Of a DNA stretch of 24,000 bases, positions 23,205 to 24,000 are shown one piece after another (positions within the stretch are counted from its first letter, which is position 1; the number at the start of each line of letters is the position of its first letter). Below the pieces are notes generated by a model. That model saw only the letters and a list, made by a program, of their open reading frames with translations, made no database searches and had not been told where the DNA came from. Both the position numbers and the translations under genes were made by a program. The DNA comes from Salinispira sp. (GTDB lineage: Bacteria > Spirochaetota > Spirochaetia > DSM-27196 > Salinispiraceae), in NCBI GenBank assembly GCA_965602015.1, contig OZ271918.1:654341-678340 (forward strand). The letters are read 5' to 3'.

Positions 23205-24000
23205 GCTCCTGTTCAACCGTCCCCTGGACGGCAGCTACAGCTACCTGCTTTCGGATGAACTTCTTGAAAAGGCCGGTAATCCCCCCAGTCTCGTCGGTTA
23301 TCGGGTAATGGCCCCTTTAGGACGGCAGGACCTCACGGGATACGTCATTGATGACAGCCCGGACAAGCCGAACGATCTTCCGGAGGGCGTCAGAATTCGG
23401 GAAATCCGCCGTATTGTCGATGACGGACCGGTTTTTCTCGAACGCCAGATTTCCATGGCCCGCTGGATGGCCAAGGTCTATTTCTGCAGCCTCGGGGAAG
23501 CACTGGCCATAATGATACCGGCGGGGAGGAAGGACCGGGAAATCCCCGGCCTGCTGTCGGAAGATGACGGATTTCTCGCCTCGGAAGTTCGCCTCAGCGA
23601 CGAACAGAGTTCGGCTGTCGAGAAGGTAAGCTCCTCTTTGGAGGGGCGCTTTTATTTGTACGGCATAACGGGCTCGGGAAAGACTGAAGTCTTCCTACAG
23701 GCTGCCGAGCGCACCCTCGCCGAGGGCCGGAGCATCATCTACCTCGTACCGGAAATATCACTCACACATCAGGTCGTCGACCTGATCCGCCGTCGCTTCA
23801 GCGAGTCCGCGGCGGTGCTCCATTCGAGCCTCACTCCCAGCCAGCGAATTGCCGAATGGCGGAGGATTCTTTCGGGGAAGGCCCGCTTCGTCATCGGAGC
23901 CCGCAGCGCGATCTTCGCGCCGCTGGAGAATCTCGGCCTGATAATCCTCGATGAGGAACACGAGAGTTCATACAAGTCGGGGTCGACTCCCCGGTATCAC
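23191..24000 (+). CDS. priA: primosomal protein N' (replication restart helicase PriA), N-terminal 270 codons
   Basis: ATG at 23191 overlaps the udg 3' end by 14 nt, and the frame stays open to the window edge. It contains GYRVMAPLGRQDLTGYVI, Walker A GITGSGKTEV, LVPEISLT and DEEH..SYK. It is absent from the track because there is no in-window stop. Confidence 0.85.
   Translation, partial: MRYCRLLFNRPLDGSYSYLLSDELLEKAGNPPSLVGYRVMAPLGRQDLTGYVIDDSPDKPNDLPEGVRIREIRRIVDDGPVFLERQISMARWMAKVYFCSLGEALAIMIPAGRKDREIPGLLSEDDGFLASEVRLSDEQSSAVEKVSSSLEGRFYLYGITGSGKTEVFLQAAERTLAEGRSIIYLVPEISLTHQVVDLIRRRFSESAAVLHSSLTPSQRIAEWRRILSGKARFVIGARSAIFAPLENLGLIILDEEHESSYKSGSTPRYH

Overview
This window is gene-dense and mostly housekeeping, from a moderately GC-rich bacterium. 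The gene order (rpoZ-miaA, folP-cdaA-cdaR-acpS-DUF2225-truA-udg-priA, a REC-like/PilZ protein, a flavodiiron protein) suggests a free-living anaerobic, possibly spirochaete-like organism, but that is only a guess. I call 28 protein genes. They cover sugar activation (manA, glk, a divergent UDPGP-family pyrophosphorylase), folate synthesis (folB, folP), translation and tRNA modification (asnS, miaA, truA), nucleotide and DNA functions (dcd, udg, priA), second-messenger functions (cdaA-cdaR, a PilZ protein, a DHH/DHHA1 phosphoesterase) and several DUF proteins. Four genes are absent from the supplied ORF track: a 56-aa 2x[4Fe-4S] ferredoxin, a 29-aa Lys/Arg-rich bS22/AURKAIP1-like micro-protein, and the two genes truncated at the window edges. 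Several track ORFs carry spurious N-terminal extensions, and all long antisense ORFs look like mirror-frame artefacts. I see no rRNA, tRNA, CRISPR array, transposase, integrase, toxin-antitoxin or recognisable defence gene. I did not find a convincing novel multi-gene system. The most interesting unexplained structure has four parts. First, two 147/148-bp elements have almost identical 24-26 bp terminal inverted repeats (MITE/ERIC/Correia-like). One sits in the fprA 3' UTR and the other lies directly upstream of folB. Second, a degenerate 13-bp-periodic GC-rich repeat array fills the 319-bp glk-UDPGP spacer. Third, the UDPGP-family enzyme has an altered signature loop. Fourth, three genes (asnS, glk, folP) show recurrent leaderless-type promoter/ATG architecture. 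All calls rest on reading the sequence and on remembered family motifs; no searches were run.
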